46,084 bases of DNA from Myxococcales bacterium (lineage in GTDB: Bacteria; Myxococcota; Myxococcia; Myxococcales; Anaeromyxobacteraceae). Under the pieces are notes generated by a model that had not been told where the DNA came from, made no database searches, and was given only the letters and a program-made list of their open reading frames with translations. The position numbers were made by a program, and so were the translations under genes. The stretch is from the NCBI GenBank assembly GCA_038320275.1, contig JBBQEB010000010.1, forward strand, positions 1 to 46,084. Reading direction: 5' to 3'. Shown here in pieces: positions 32,062-42,551 of the stretch (position 1 is the first letter of the stretch; every line of letters begins with the position of its first letter).

Positions 32062-33873
32062 ATGGCCACCCCCGCAGAAAAGCTGAAGGATCCTACCCTT
32101 CCCCCCGGCGGAGGCTTCCTGCTCTCCCCGGCAGGCACGGAGCGCATCCGCACCTCCGAGGACTTCACCGAGGACCAGCGGGCGTTCTTCGCCACCGCGG
32201 AGGGGTTCGCCAACGAGCGCGTCCTCGCCAACGCCGAGCGGATCGAGCACAAGGACAACGCCTTCCTCCGCACGCTCCTGCGCGAGGCGGGTGAGCTGGG
32301 GCTCCTCGGGATGGACGTTCCCGAGGCCTACGGCGGCATGGCCCAGGACGAGACCTCCTCCATGCTCGTGACGGAGGCGATGGCGAAGAACGGCGCCTGG
32401 TCCGTGACGTTCGGCGCCCAGGTCGGCATCGGCTCCCTGCCCATCGTGTACTTCGGTACCGAGGCGCAAAAGCAGAAGTATCTCCCCAAGCTCGTCTCGG
32501 GCGAGTGGGTCTCGGCGTACGCGCTCTCCGAAGCCTCCTCCGCCTCCGACGCGCTCGGCGCGCGAACCAAGGCCGTCCGCTCACCCGACGGCAAGAGCTG
32601 GATCCTGAACGGCTCGAAGCAGTGGATCACGAACGCCGGCTTCGCCGACGTGTTCATCGTGTTCGCCAAGATCGACGGCGACAAGTTCAGCGCCTTCATC
32701 GTGGACCGCGACACGCCCGGGTTCAGCGTCGGGCCCGAAGAGCACAAGATGGGCATTCGCGGCTCTTCCACCTGCCCCCTCATCTTCGAGGACGCGACGA
32801 TCCCGTTCGAGAACCTCCTCGGCGAGCCCGGCAAGGGGCACCGCATCGCCTTCAACATCCTCAACATCGGGCGGCTGAAGCTGGGCGTGGGCTGCGTCGC
32901 CGGATGCCGCACCTCTCTCCAGCTGGCGGTGGAGTACGGTCGCGAGCGCAAGGCCTTCGGCCAGCCCATCACGAACTTCGGCCTGATCCGCGAGAAGCTC
33001 GCGCGCATGGTGGCGATGGTCTACGTGGGCGAGGCGATGAGCTATCGCACCACCGGGCTCATCGACGCGCGCGTCGCCCTCTCCCCGACGCCGTACGGCT
33101 CGCCCGAGCACGACCGCGACCTCATCACCGCCGTCGAGGAGTACAACATCGAGGCCTCCATCCTGAAGGTCTGGGGCTCCGAGGCGCTGTCGCAGGTCGC
33201 GGACGAGGCGCTCCAGATTCACGGTGGGTATGGCTTCGTCGAGGAGTACACCATCGAGCGCGTGTACCGCGATAACCGGGTGAACCGGATCTTCGAGGGC
33301 ACCAACGAGATCAACCGGATGCTCATCCCGGGCACCCTGCTGAAGCGAGCCATGAAGGGGCAGTTCCCGCTCATGCAGCTCGCCCAGACGGTGTGCCAGT
33401 CGGTGGCGCGCGGCGAGCTGCCGCGGCCCGGCCCGGGCCCGCTCGCCCGCGAGCGGCGCATCGCCGAGCTCAACAAGTACATGATGGTGTACGCGTTGCA
33501 GACCGCCGTCGAGACGTTCGGGCCGGTGCTCTCCGAGCGGCAGGAAGTGCTCGCCGCCCTGGCCGACATCGCCATCGAGGCGTACGCCGTCGACAGCGCC
33601 GTCGCCCGCGCCATGCAGAGCGCAGAGGGTGGCAAGCTGAGCCCGGTGGTGGAGGCCGCGGTGAAGCTCTACGCCCTCGAAGCGCACGAGCGAGCGCACA
33701 CTCAGGCGAAGAAGGCGGTGCGCGCTACGGTGGTCGATGCAGCGGCGTGCCGGGAGCACCTCGCGGCGCTGCGCAAGCTCCTCGACGAGGAGCCGGTGGA
33801 CATCACCGCCCTTCGCGAGACGCTCGCCAACGCCACGCTGGAAGCGGGCAAGTACCCGCTGTTCTGGGCCTGA
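32062..33873 (+). CDS. Acyl-CoA dehydrogenase (FadE, VLCAD-like)
   Basis: AYALSE..SDA, GSKQWITNA, EHKMGIRGSST, LNIGR, QIHGGYGF, RIFEGTNEINR; GGAG RBS. Confidence 0.95.
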   Translation: MATPAEKLKDPTLPPGGGFLLSPAGTERIRTSEDFTEDQRAFFATAEGFANERVLANAERIEHKDNAFLRTLLREAGELGLLGMDVPEAYGGMAQDETSSMLVTEAMAKNGAWSVTFGAQVGIGSLPIVYFGTEAQKQKYLPKLVSGEWVSAYALSEASSASDALGARTKAVRSPDGKSWILNGSKQWITNAGFADVFIVFAKIDGDKFSAFIVDRDTPGFSVGPEEHKMGIRGSSTCPLIFEDATIPFENLLGEPGKGHRIAFNILNIGRLKLGVGCVAGCRTSLQLAVEYGRERKAFGQPITNFGLIREKLARMVAMVYVGEAMSYRTTGLIDARVALSPTPYGSPEHDRDLITAVEEYNIEASILKVWGSEALSQVADEALQIHGGYGFVEEYTIERVYRDNRVNRIFEGTNEINRMLIPGTLLKRAMKGQFPLMQLAQTVCQSVARGELPRPGPGPLARERRIAELNKYMMVYALQTAVETFGPVLSERQEVLAALADIAIEAYAVDSAVARAMQSAEGGKLSPVVEAAVKLYALEAHERAHTQAKKAVRATVVDAAACREHLAALRKLLDEEPVDITALRETLANATLEAGKYPLFWA

Positions 33874-33880
33874 GGCCGCG

Positions 33881-34126
33881 ATGAAGGCGGCCTTCGTCCT
33901 CGTTCGCTGCGAGTTGGGGAAGGTGGAGGCCGTCGCCAACGCCATCATGGAGCTCGACGGCGTCTCGGAGGTCCACTCCGTCACCGGCCCCTGGGATCTC
34001 ATCGTGAAGCTGTACGCCGCGGACTACGACGCTTTCGGCGACCTCATCCCTGGTGCGCTGCAGGCGGTCCCGGGTATCCGTGAGACCGAGACCCTGCTCG
34101 CCTTCCGGGCCTTCAAGCCCGGTTAG
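33881..34126 (+). CDS. Stand-alone Lrp/AsnC ligand-binding domain protein
   Basis: MKAAFVLV..EVHSVTGPWDLIVK..GIRETET. Confidence 0.88.
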   Translation: MKAAFVLVRCELGKVEAVANAIMELDGVSEVHSVTGPWDLIVKLYAADYDAFGDLIPGALQAVPGIRETETLLAFRAFKPG

Positions 34127-34204
34127 GCAGGCGGGGCGGGCCTTCGAGCTCGCTCAGGCCGGCAGGCGGGCGGACTGCCGGCGCGCGTCCCGGCGAGCCG
34201 AAGG

Positions 34205-35242
34205 TCATCCGCCGTAGTCGCGCCGGTACATCCGTTCGATGGCCACCATGAACGAGACGGCGAGCGGCCCGACCAGGAAACCCACCGGGCCGAACGCCGC
34301 CAGCCCCCCGAAGAGCGCGAAGAAGATGACCGCCCCGTGGATGGGCACTCCGCCCCGGATGAAGACCGGCTTGAGGACGTTGTCCACCATGGCCACCACG
34401 CCGATGGCGTAGCCCGCGAGGAAGAGGCCGTGCCCCAGCTGCCCTGTCGCGAGCTTCAGGATGGCCAGGGCGAGGACGACCACCGTGGCGCCCACGAAGG
34501 GCACCAGGGCGAGGAAGAAGGTGGTGAAGGCGAAGAAGACGGCGTTGGGGACGCCCGCGATGAGGTAGCCGACCAGCGCCAGGGCGGACTGCACGCCAGC
34601 CGTCGCGATGGTGGAGACGAGCACCGTCACGGTGACCCGCCGGAAGTCGCGCAGGAGCTCCGAGAGCTGGCCGCGCTTGAGCGGGATGGCGTCGTTCAGC
34701 CAGGCCACCAGCGAGGGGCCGTCGACGAGCAGGAAATACAGCGCCACCAGCATGAGCACCGTCTGGAAGAGGATGCTGCCGGTGGCGGAGAGGAACTTGG
34801 CGGCGATCCCCGCCGCCCGAGCGCCCTCGGCGCCGATGATGTCCTGCAGTCGCTCGAGGCTGCTCGGGAGCTCGCGCTCCAGGCGCTCCGCCACCGGGCG
34901 CAACGCCTCCGGGACGCGCCGTACCAGCCCCTCGAGCGCGTGCGTCTGCAGCGCGCCGCGCAGCCACGCGACCCCCTGCACGGCCTGCGGCACGAGCACC
35001 ACCGCCAGCGCGGACATGGGCCCCAGCACCGCGACCACCACCGCGACGGTGATGACGGCCGCCGCCCGCTTGCGTCCCTTCATCCCCGCGGCGAGCCGAT
35101 CCATCACCGGGGCGAGCGCCCCCGCCACCACCGCCGCCACGAAGATCGAGGTGGCGAAGGGAAGGGCGATCTCGAGCACCAGCCAGATCGCCAGTACGGC
35201 CAGGGAGACGAGGACGAACTGGGCGACGCGGGCCGGGACCAT
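34205..35242 (-). CDS. AI-2E family transporter
   Basis: Multi-TM; YFLLVDG, LVPFVG, DNVLKP, GGLAAFGPVGFLVGP. Confidence 0.92.
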   Translation of the reverse strand: MVPARVAQFVLVSLAVLAIWLVLEIALPFATSIFVAAVVAGALAPVMDRLAAGMKGRKRAAAVITVAVVVAVLGPMSALAVVLVPQAVQGVAWLRGALQTHALEGLVRRVPEALRPVAERLERELPSSLERLQDIIGAEGARAAGIAAKFLSATGSILFQTVLMLVALYFLLVDGPSLVAWLNDAIPLKRGQLSELLRDFRRVTVTVLVSTIATAGVQSALALVGYLIAGVPNAVFFAFTTFFLALVPFVGATVVVLALAILKLATGQLGHGLFLAGYAIGVVAMVDNVLKPVFIRGGVPIHGAVIFFALFGGLAAFGPVGFLVGPLAVSFMVAIERMYRRDYGG

Positions 35243-35249
35243 GGTGCCG

Positions 35250-35960
35250 TCAGAAGTTGAGGTGCACGGACTGCGGAGGAACGCCGGCGCGCGCGAGGGT
35301 CGCCTTCACGTCCTCGACCATGGCCGTCATCCCGCATGCGAAGGCGACGGTGCTCTCCGGAGGCGAGCCAGCGAACCCCATGGCGTGGGCGACCTCCTGC
35401 ACCCGCCCGCGAACCCCCGGCCAGGCTTCGTCCTCCCCGGAGGGGCAGAGCACCACCCGGATCCCCGCGCTCTCCCAGGACAGGTACTCGCCGCGGTAGG
35501 CGAAGTCCGAACCCCGCCGCTGCCCGTAGAACAGCACAACCCCCTCGAAGAGCGAGCGGTGCGCCAGGACGTGCTGGATGATGGAACGGATGGGCGCGAT
35601 GCCGGAGCCGGCGGCGAACAGCAGCACGTGCCGGCCGTGCGCCTCCTGCACGGCGAAGCCCTCGCCGAACGGGGGCGAGGTCAGGATGGACGCGCCGGGC
35701 GTGGCGGCCGCCACGATCTCGTCGGCCACCCGGCCGCCCCGCTTGACCAGGAGGTCGGCCCGGCCGGATGGATGCGGCGCGCTGGCGAGGGCGAAGTACG
35801 CCTCGCCCGAGGCGGCGTGGAGCTTCACCACCTGTCCAGGCCTGCCGTGGTGGCGCGCCAGCCTCTCCGGAAGCAGCACCCGCAGCCCGCGAAGGCACGC
35901 CGTCTCGTCCCAGGCAGCCTCCACGACAGCAGGGGCGAGGGGCGTCGCGGCGAGCGTCAC
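35250..35960 (-). CDS. FAD/NAD(P)-binding oxidoreductase (FNR-like)
   Basis: PGQ, FALASAP, PFGEGF, AAGSGIAP, FYGQR, ACG, terminal NF. Confidence 0.88.
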   Translation of the reverse strand: MTLAATPLAPAVVEAAWDETACLRGLRVLLPERLARHHGRPGQVVKLHAASGEAYFALASAPHPSGRADLLVKRGGRVADEIVAAATPGASILTSPPFGEGFAVQEAHGRHVLLFAAGSGIAPIRSIIQHVLAHRSLFEGVVLFYGQRRGSDFAYRGEYLSWESAGIRVVLCPSGEDEAWPGVRGRVQEVAHAMGFAGSPPESTVAFACGMTAMVEDVKATLARAGVPPQSVHLNF

Positions 35961-36808
35961 GGCCCCCCCTTTATCACCCTTTCCCGCCCGTCGCGCGGTC
36001 CCATGTCGAGCGGCGGTGGAAGCGGCAGCGTCTGTCCATCGCGCGCCGCGATGGTGGGGACGCCGGTGCGTTCGGAGATGCCGAGCGCCACGCGGTCAGG
36101 GCCGTAGCGGAGGAGCTGCATGCCGAAGTGCGTGAGAACTCCCAGCTTCGGCCGCACCGCGGCGATGAGCCGCTCGGCATCGTCGGCGCCGAGGTGCAGG
36201 AGCTTGCGGTCGCCGCCGACGAGCCGGGTGGTATTGACGAGGAGCACGTCCACGCCGGCGTAAGCCTCGGGGAGCGCATCCATCCAGAACGTGTCCACCA
36301 CGTGCCCCACCGTCACGCCGGGCGCCGAGAGCCGGTAACCATAGGTCTCCACGCCGTGATCGTGGGCGAGGGGCGTCGCGAGGTGAACGCCCGGCCCGAG
36401 CCCGTAGGAGCCACCCTCGCGGAGCCGCTCCACCTTGCGAACGAAGGCCTGCGCGTACCGGAAGACCACCGGCTCCCCGTCGAGCGCGTCGGAGGGCGCG
36501 AGGAGCGCCGCGCGCGGGCGGAACCCGCCGCCCGTGATCGCCTCCACCACGGCGGTGGCGTCCCCGGCGTGATCGAGGTGACGGTGGGTGAGGAGCAGCG
36601 CGTCGATGGTCGCCGGGTCGATGCGGGGCCGCGAGGCGAGCGCGCGCACCAGCGCTCCCGGGCCGGGGTCCACCCACAGCCGAACGCCGGCGAGCGTGTA
36701 GACGAGCCCGCCGGACCGGCGGAGCTGGGTGGCGACCACGTGGCGGGCGCCAGCCGTGCCCAGGACCTTCAGGCCGTCCTGAGCCGGCTGGGTGGGGCGG
36801 GCGGGCAT
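35957..36808 (-). CDS. MBL-fold metallo-hydrolase
   Basis: LGTAGAR, VDPGPG, THRHLDH, HDHG, THFG. Confidence 0.9.
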   Translation of the reverse strand: MPARPTQPAQDGLKVLGTAGARHVVATQLRRSGGLVYTLAGVRLWVDPGPGALVRALASRPRIDPATIDALLLTHRHLDHAGDATAVVEAITGGGFRPRAALLAPSDALDGEPVVFRYAQAFVRKVERLREGGSYGLGPGVHLATPLAHDHGVETYGYRLSAPGVTVGHVVDTFWMDALPEAYAGVDVLLVNTTRLVGGDRKLLHLGADDAERLIAAVRPKLGVLTHFGMQLLRYGPDRVALGISERTGVPTIAARDGQTLPLPPPLDMGPRDGRERVIKGGP

Positions 36809-36865
36809 GCGCTCGTCATAGCCGGCGCCGGCGATGGCCACCGCCGGAGGGCGCACGGTCGAGCG

Positions 36866-37387
36866 CTATTCGTACTTCAGGAGCGCATGCGAGCGGGCCT
36901 CGCCCAGCCTGCGGCTGCCCCCGAGGAAGGCGAGCTCCACCAGGAAGGAGAATCCAACCACCTCGCCGCCGGAGCGCGCCACCAGCCTCGCCACCGCCGC
37001 CGCCGTGCCGCCCGTCGCGAGCACGTCGTCCACCACCAGCACGCGCTCGCCCGGCGCCACCGCGTCGAGGTGCATCTCGAGCGCATCCTCGCCGTACTCC
37101 AGCGCGTACACCTCGCGCGCCGTGCGCCAGGGGAGCTTGCCAGGTTTGCGCACGATGCCGAGCCCCGCTCCCAGCGCGAGCGCGAGGGGGGCGGCGAAGA
37201 TGAAGCCGCGCGACTCGATGCCGAGCACCTTCGTCACCGAGGCGGAGGCGAACGGCTCCGCCATGGCGTGGACGGCCGCGCGAAAGCATTCTGCGTCGGC
37301 GAGGAGCGGGGTGATGTCCTTGAAGACGACACCCTTCTTCGGGAAGTCGGGGACGTCCCGGACGCGCGCGCGCAGCCTGTCGAGCAT
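36866..37387 (-). CDS. apt: Adenine phosphoribosyltransferase
   Basis: [39 protein letters not shown]. Confidence 0.98.
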   Translation of the reverse strand: MLDRLRARVRDVPDFPKKGVVFKDITPLLADAECFRAAVHAMAEPFASASVTKVLGIESRGFIFAAPLALALGAGLGIVRKPGKLPWRTAREVYALEYGEDALEMHLDAVAPGERVLVVDDVLATGGTAAAVARLVARSGGEVVGFSFLVELAFLGGSRRLGEARSHALLKYE

Positions 37388-37454
37388 GCGGCGGAAAGTA
37401 CCACACGTGCCGGGCGCCAGACCGTCGAGGGGCGCGAGCCCAGTGCCCGGTCTG

Positions 37455-38189
37455 TCACTGCAAGTACTGCAGCGGGTCCCGCGGCCGCGTGCCCTCGCGG
37501 ACCTCGAAATGGAGGTGCGGACCGGTGGTCCGGCCCGTCTGGCCCACCCTGGCCACCGGCTGCCCGGCGCGCACGCGATCGCCCTCTCGCACCAGGACCG
37601 CGCTGGCGTGCGCGTAGAGCGTCAGGAGGTCGCCCGGGTGGCGGAGAATGACGATGGTGCCGTACCCCGATTGCTGGCCGGTGAAGAGGACGGTGCCGTC
37701 CGCCGCCGCCAGGACCGGCGTGCCCTCCGGGGCGGCGATGTCGATGCCGTCGTGGCGGGCACCCTGGCGCGGACCGAAGCGGCTGTACAGCACGCCGCGC
37801 AGCGGCCACCGGAGCACCTTGCCAGCTTGGGCCGTCCGCTCGGGCCGGGGTGGGTCCTCCACCTCGGGCTCCGGGGGGGCCCCCGGAACGGCGGGCGGCA
37901 CCACCACGATGCGGGTGGCCCCGGGGACAAAGAGCTCCGTACCGGCCTCCAGCGCTCGCGCGCTGCGCAGGCCGTTCACGAGGAGCAGGTCGCGCTGGGA
38001 GACGCCGTACGCCCCTGCGATGCGGTAGAGCGTCTCGCCCCGCTTCACCACGTGGACCACGCCCACCAGATCCGGCTCGACGTGCGCCTCCCCTTCCAGC
38101 GGAAAGGGAGGGGCGCCGGAGCGGTGCCGGCACCCCGTCAGCAGGACGAGGAGGGCGAGCGCGCCGGCCGCGCCTCGCCGCAGCCTCAA
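37455..38189 (-). CDS. LysM + M23 peptidase lipoprotein (NlpD-like)
   Basis: LTGC lipobox, [13 protein letters not shown]ys[15 protein letters not shown]; overlaps the surE stop. Confidence 0.9.
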   Translation of the reverse strand: MRLRRGAAGALALLVLLTGCRHRSGAPPFPLEGEAHVEPDLVGVVHVVKRGETLYRIAGAYGVSQRDLLLVNGLRSARALEAGTELFVPGATRIVVVPPAVPGAPPEPEVEDPPRPERTAQAGKVLRWPLRGVLYSRFGPRQGARHDGIDIAAPEGTPVLAAADGTVLFTGQQSGYGTIVILRHPGDLLTLYAHASAVLVREGDRVRAGQPVARVGQTGRTTGPHLHFEVREGTRPRDPLQYLQ

Positions 38190-38947
38190 GGGAACGGCAC
38201 CTTGGCGTAGCCGCCCACCGTCCAGCTCTGCAGCCCCTCGAGGAACGCGTCGTGGCTCCAGTCGAGGTGGAGCGGCGTCACCGAGGCGAGGCCATCCTGG
38301 AAGACGCAGTTGCAGTCGGAGCGCGGGATGTCCTCGTTCACCGCCCCCTCGCCGCCGATCCAGTAGTACTTGCGCCCGCGCGGATCCGTCTTCTCCACCA
38401 CCTCGTTGCCGTAGGTGCGCTTGCCGAGCCGGGCGAAGCGGTAGCCCTTCACCGGGCCCGCGGGCACGTTCACGTTGAGGAGCACCGGCGCCGGAGGTGG
38501 CCGCGCCAGCACGCGCCTCGCGACCGCGGCCGCGAACGCCGCCGCGTGCTCGAAGGCATGGGGAGGCGGGGCGGCCAGGGACACCGCGACCGCATGGCAG
38601 CCGAGGAGCGCCCCCTCCATCGCCGCCGCCACGGTGCCCGAGTAAAGCACGTCGTTGCCCAGGTTCGGGCCGTGGTTGACCCCCGAAACGACGATGTCCG
38701 GCCGGCGCCCCCGGAGGACGAGGTTCATGCCCAGGTAGACCGCGTCGGTAGGTGTTCCGTCCACGCTGAACCGGCGCGGCCCCACCTCGACCAGGCGCAG
38801 CGGGCGGTGGAGCGAGATGGAGTGGCTGGAGGCGGACTGCTCCCGGTCGGGCGCGACGATCCAGACCTCGTCCCCCGGGAAGGCCGCCGCCAGGGCGGCC
38901 AGGCCCGGCGCGTGGACGCCGTCGTCGTTGGAGAGGAGGACCCGCAA
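38186..38947 (-). CDS. surE: 5'/3'-nucleotidase SurE
   Basis: SNDDG, GTPTD, SGVNHGPNLG, YSGTV. Confidence 0.97.
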   Translation of the reverse strand: MRVLLSNDDGVHAPGLAALAAAFPGDEVWIVAPDREQSASSHSISLHRPLRLVEVGPRRFSVDGTPTDAVYLGMNLVLRGRRPDIVVSGVNHGPNLGNDVLYSGTVAAAMEGALLGCHAVAVSLAAPPPHAFEHAAAFAAAVARRVLARPPPAPVLLNVNVPAGPVKGYRFARLGKRTYGNEVVEKTDPRGRKYYWIGGEGAVNEDIPRSDCNCVFQDGLASVTPLHLDWSHDAFLEGLQSWTVGGYAKVPFP

Positions 38948-38960
38948 CGGATGCCCGGGC

Positions 38961-39773
38961 TCAGCGGAGGCCCACGACGAGGAGGAGCAGGGTGGCGGCG
39001 CTAGAAGCGATCAGGGCCCAGCCGAGCTCGCGCAGCCGACGAGGGGGGACACGCAGAAGGCATACGGCGAGGGACAGGAGCGCGGTGGGAGCGAGCGCGA
39101 TGGGCGCGGCCTGCGGGACGCCCACGAGCGCGCAGAGCGGGAAGGTCGCGGCCAGCCCGCCCGCGACGAGGACCGCGTGGAGCCGGCCCGGATCGCGCCG
39201 CCCCTTCGTGCGCGCGCGCACGAGGACGACCTGGACGGCCAGGATGGCGCTCGAGAAGGCCAGGATCCAGGCCGCCCAGCTCGCGAAGGCGACCGCGAGC
39301 GAAACGCCCGCCGCCAGCGCCACCACCAGGCCCGCGGAGGAGAGGGCCGCGGCGACGATCACCTCGCCCACCAGCGTCTTCTCGAGCTTGCGCAGCACGA
39401 GCCCCCCCACCGCCACCGCCAGGGCGAACGACACGCCGAGCGCTGCGCGTGCCGCCGCCGGCGCCAGCGCGGTTCCGGCGGCGCCCGTCAGCGCGGCGCC
39501 CCCTCCCAGCATGAGGAGAGCCCGCCGAGCGCGCGCGCCGTCCTCCTCGAGCGCCCGGCGCCCGCGGCCACCCGCCAGCAGGAGCAGCGGCTCGTGGGCA
39601 AGAAAGGCGAGGACAGCCGCGACCGAGAGCGCGGCCGCAGCCGGCGTAACCGTGCCCAGCGCGAGCGCGGTGAGGAGGGGCATCGCGAGCTGTCCGTAGG
39701 CGCCGTGCTCGTGGGGGACGAGCGAACGCCTCCGGGTCAGGGGAGCGGACGAGGGGGAGATCGCATCGGCCAT
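38961..39773 (-). CDS. YwiC-like membrane protein
   Basis: PHEHGAY motif, multi-TM, LRELGW near the C-terminus. Confidence 0.8.
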   Translation of the reverse strand: MADAISPSSAPLTRRRSLVPHEHGAYGQLAMPLLTALALGTVTPAAAALSVAAVLAFLAHEPLLLLAGGRGRRALEEDGARARRALLMLGGGAALTGAAGTALAPAAARAALGVSFALAVAVGGLVLRKLEKTLVGEVIVAAALSSAGLVVALAAGVSLAVAFASWAAWILAFSSAILAVQVVLVRARTKGRRDPGRLHAVLVAGGLAATFPLCALVGVPQAAPIALAPTALLSLAVCLLRVPPRRLRELGWALIASSAATLLLLVVGLR

Positions 39774-39919
39774 GCTCGACGGCGTTCTTACCCGCGCGCG
39801 GGGAGCCCCGCACCCGAGACTGCCCTGCCGTCGACGTGGCGAAGCGTCCCCCTCGCGGCTATCCCGTCCTCGCGCGAAGCGAGGAAGAGCGCGGCGCGAA
39901 CGTGAAGCGGAGGAGAGCG

Positions 39920-40438
39920 ATGGCGCAGGGAGCGAAGGTCGCCTGCATCCTGTCTGCGGGCTACGAGGATTCGGAGTTCCGCATCCCCTACGACCGCCTC
40001 AAGGCGGCCGGCATGCAGGTGGACGTCGTCGGCGTGAAGGCGGGCGACGTGCTGGCCGGCAAGGCGGGCAAGGAGAAGGTGAAGGTCGACAAGGGCATCG
40101 GCGAGGTGAAGCCAGCCGACTACCAGGCCCTGCTCATCCCGGGAGGCTACTCGCCGGATCACCTCCGCGCCGACAAGCGCTTCGTCGATTTCGTGCGGGA
40201 GATCGACGCGGCAGGCAAGCTCGTCGCATCGGTGTGCCACGGCCCGCAGATCCTCATCACCGCCGGGCTGGTGAAGGGCAGGACGCTCACCGCCTGGACC
40301 ACGATCCAGGAAGATTTGCGCCAGATCGGCGCGACCGTGAAGGACGAGCCGGTGGTGGTGGACAAGAACTGGATCACGAGCCGCAAGCCGGACGACCTGG
40401 CGCAGTTCAGCGACGCCATCGTCCAGCGCATGCGGTGA
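39920..40438 (+). CDS. PfpI/DJ-1 family (type 1 glutamine amidotransferase-like) protein
   Basis: YEDSE, IPGG, VCHGP, ITSRKPDDL; GGAGGAG RBS. Confidence 0.93.
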   Translation: MAQGAKVACILSAGYEDSEFRIPYDRLKAAGMQVDVVGVKAGDVLAGKAGKEKVKVDKGIGEVKPADYQALLIPGGYSPDHLRADKRFVDFVREIDAAGKLVASVCHGPQILITAGLVKGRTLTAWTTIQEDLRQIGATVKDEPVVVDKNWITSRKPDDLAQFSDAIVQRMR

Positions 40439-40456
40439 GCGCGCTGCGGGGGCGGC

Positions 40457-41263
40457 CTAACGTCGCCCGTCCCTCCCGAGGACGCGGGCGAGCAGGTCGG
40501 GCCGGTCGGTCATGATGCCGTCGATCCCCGCCGCGATGAGGGCGCGCATGTCCTCCTCGGCGTCCACCGTCCAGGCGAAGACGGCCATGCCCTTCCGGTG
40601 CAGGTACGCGATGGTCGGCGCGTCGAGGACGACGATGTCCGTCCCTTCCATGCGGTAGGGCAGATCGGCCACCTCCCAGCCCTCCGGACAGCCGGTGGAG
40701 CCCTCCGCGCGCGCCGCCATGACGTGGCAGGTGGCGGCGCCCTCCGGGAGGAAGTGGCAGGCTTCGGGCAGGAGCTCCCGCAGCCGCTCCCCCTGCGCGT
40801 CGTGCTGCGACCCGATGCAGACCCGGTCCACCGCACCGGCCTCCCGCACGCAGGCGACCAGCCTCTCGGCGAGAGACGGATCTTCGCTCTTCGCCTCGAC
40901 GTTCACGCGCGTGGCGGGATGCCGGGCGAGGAGCTCCCTGAAGGTCGGCGGCGCGATGCCGCGCCCGCGCCATGGAAAGGTGGCGCCGCCGTCGGACGAG
41001 AAGCGCGCCCCGGCGTCGAGGCGTTGCACCTCCGCCAGCGTGCGCGCCTCGATGGTGCCGGGCTCGCCGGTGAGCCTGGACGTCTCGCCGTCGTGGAAGA
41101 CCACCACCTCGCCGTCCGAGGTGAGGTGCACGTCCGTCTCGAAGGCGTCGGCGCCGAGGCGCGCGGCGAGGTCGAAGGCGGGGAGGGTGTTCTCGGGGGC
41201 CAGGAGTGCGCCGCCGCGGTGGGCCACGAGCCAGGGCCGGCGCAGGTCGAGGTAGGGCTTCAC
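40457..41263 (-). CDS. Glycerophosphodiester phosphodiesterase
   Basis: AHRGG, PENT, ETDV, FHD, NVEAK, WTVD, GIMTDRP. Confidence 0.93.
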   Translation of the reverse strand: MKPYLDLRRPWLVAHRGGALLAPENTLPAFDLAARLGADAFETDVHLTSDGEVVVFHDGETSRLTGEPGTIEARTLAEVQRLDAGARFSSDGGATFPWRGRGIAPPTFRELLARHPATRVNVEAKSEDPSLAERLVACVREAGAVDRVCIGSQHDAQGERLRELLPEACHFLPEGAATCHVMAARAEGSTGCPEGWEVADLPYRMEGTDIVVLDAPTIAYLHRKGMAVFAWTVDAEEDMRALIAAGIDGIMTDRPDLLARVLGRDGRR

Positions 41264-41354
41264 CGCTCGCAAGATAGCCCGCCGCTGCCGGCACGCCAGG
41301 TGAGGCCCGCGCGGCGGCGTGCCGGCTCCGGTCTCCGCCGCTACGATCCGGGCC

Positions 41355-42551
41355 GTGCCGGTCCCCTCCTTGCGCGTCCTGGACGCGATCGACGACGTGG
41401 GCGAGGCGGAGTGGGACGCGCTCACCGCCGAGGAGCCCGGGCGCGCGAGCCCCTTCGTCCGGCACGCCTTCCTCTCCGCGCTGGAGGGCTCCGGCAGCGC
41501 CTCCGTCCGCACCGGCTGGCACCCGCGCCACCTCACCCTGCGGCGGGGCGGGCAGCTCGTCGCGGCCGCTCCGGCCTACGTGAAGCGCGACTCGCACGGC
41601 GATTTCGGGCGCGACTGGGAGTGGGCCGCTGCCGCCGAGCGCGCTGGCCTGGGCTACTTCCCCAAGCTCGTCCTCGGGGTCCCGTTCACGCCCGCCACCG
41701 GGCGGCGACTCCTGGTCGCCCCCGGCGAGGACCGGAGCGAGGCGGTGCGCGCCCTGGTCGCGGCGGCGCGGGCGCTCGCGGACGAGGAGGGGCTGCGCAC
41801 GATCCAGGTCCTCTTCCCGGGCGCCGAGGAGGCCGCCGAGCTGGAGGCGCTGGGATTCGCGCTGCGGCTCGACTTCCAGTACCACTGGACCAACGCCGGC
41901 TACCGCGAGGCCGCCGACTTCCTGGCGCGCTTCTCCTCCAAGCGGCGCAACGCCATCAAGCGCGAGCGCGCCGCGCCGGCCGCGCAGGGCATTGCCATCC
42001 GCACGGTGGGAGGGGTGGAGCTCGCCGCGGACGCGCGAGGCTGGGCTCGCGACATGTACGACCTCCACCGCAACAGCCTGGACCGCATGGCCTGGGGCAT
42101 GCGGTTCGTCAATCGCGGCTTCTACGAGCGCGTCCTCGCCGGGATGCCGGACGCGATCGAGATCGTGGAGGCGCGGCGGGGCGGCGCGCTGGTGGCCGCG
42201 GCCTTCAACGTGGCGAGCCCCACCCGCCTCTACGGCCGCTACTGGGGGTGCCGCGAGGAGCATCCCTTCCTGCATTTCAACGTCTGCCTCTACCACTCGG
42301 TGGACGCCTGCATCCGGAACGGGCGCGAGGCCTTCGAGGGCGGTGCTGGCGGCGAGCACAAGCTCACCCGCGGCTTCGAGCCCGCGCTCACCTACGGCGC
42401 CCACCTCTTCCTCGACGCCAGGCTCGACGCACCGCTGCGGCGCCACCTGGCAGTGGAGGCACGCGAGCGGCGGGAGGCGCTCGCACGCTGGCGAAGGGAC
42501 GACGCGGTGCTCAAGGGCGTCCCGCCCGCCGCCGGGACCAGCGGAGGGTGA
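41355..42551 (+). CDS. GNAT / FemAB-like (DUF482-type) protein
   Basis: PF..HAFL.ALE, SHGDF..DWEWA, PFTPATG, LYGRYWG, LHFNVCLY, GAGGEHKLTRGF. Confidence 0.9.
   Translation: MPVPSLRVLDAIDDVGEAEWDALTAEEPGRASPFVRHAFLSALEGSGSASVRTGWHPRHLTLRRGGQLVAAAPAYVKRDSHGDFGRDWEWAAAAERAGLGYFPKLVLGVPFTPATGRRLLVAPGEDRSEAVRALVAAARALADEEGLRTIQVLFPGAEEAAELEALGFALRLDFQYHWTNAGYREAADFLARFSSKRRNAIKRERAAPAAQGIAIRTVGGVELAADARGWARDMYDLHRNSLDRMAWGMRFVNRGFYERVLAGMPDAIEIVEARRGGALVAAAFNVASPTRLYGRYWGCREEHPFLHFNVCLYHSVDACIRNGREAFEGGAGGEHKLTRGFEPALTYGAHLFLDARLDAPLRRHLAVEARERREALARWRRDDAVLKGVPPAAGTSGG

Noticed and set aside
34139..34160. ccttcgagctcgctcagg resembling a REP-like half element
   Set aside because: It is a single degenerate copy with no partner repeat in the window.
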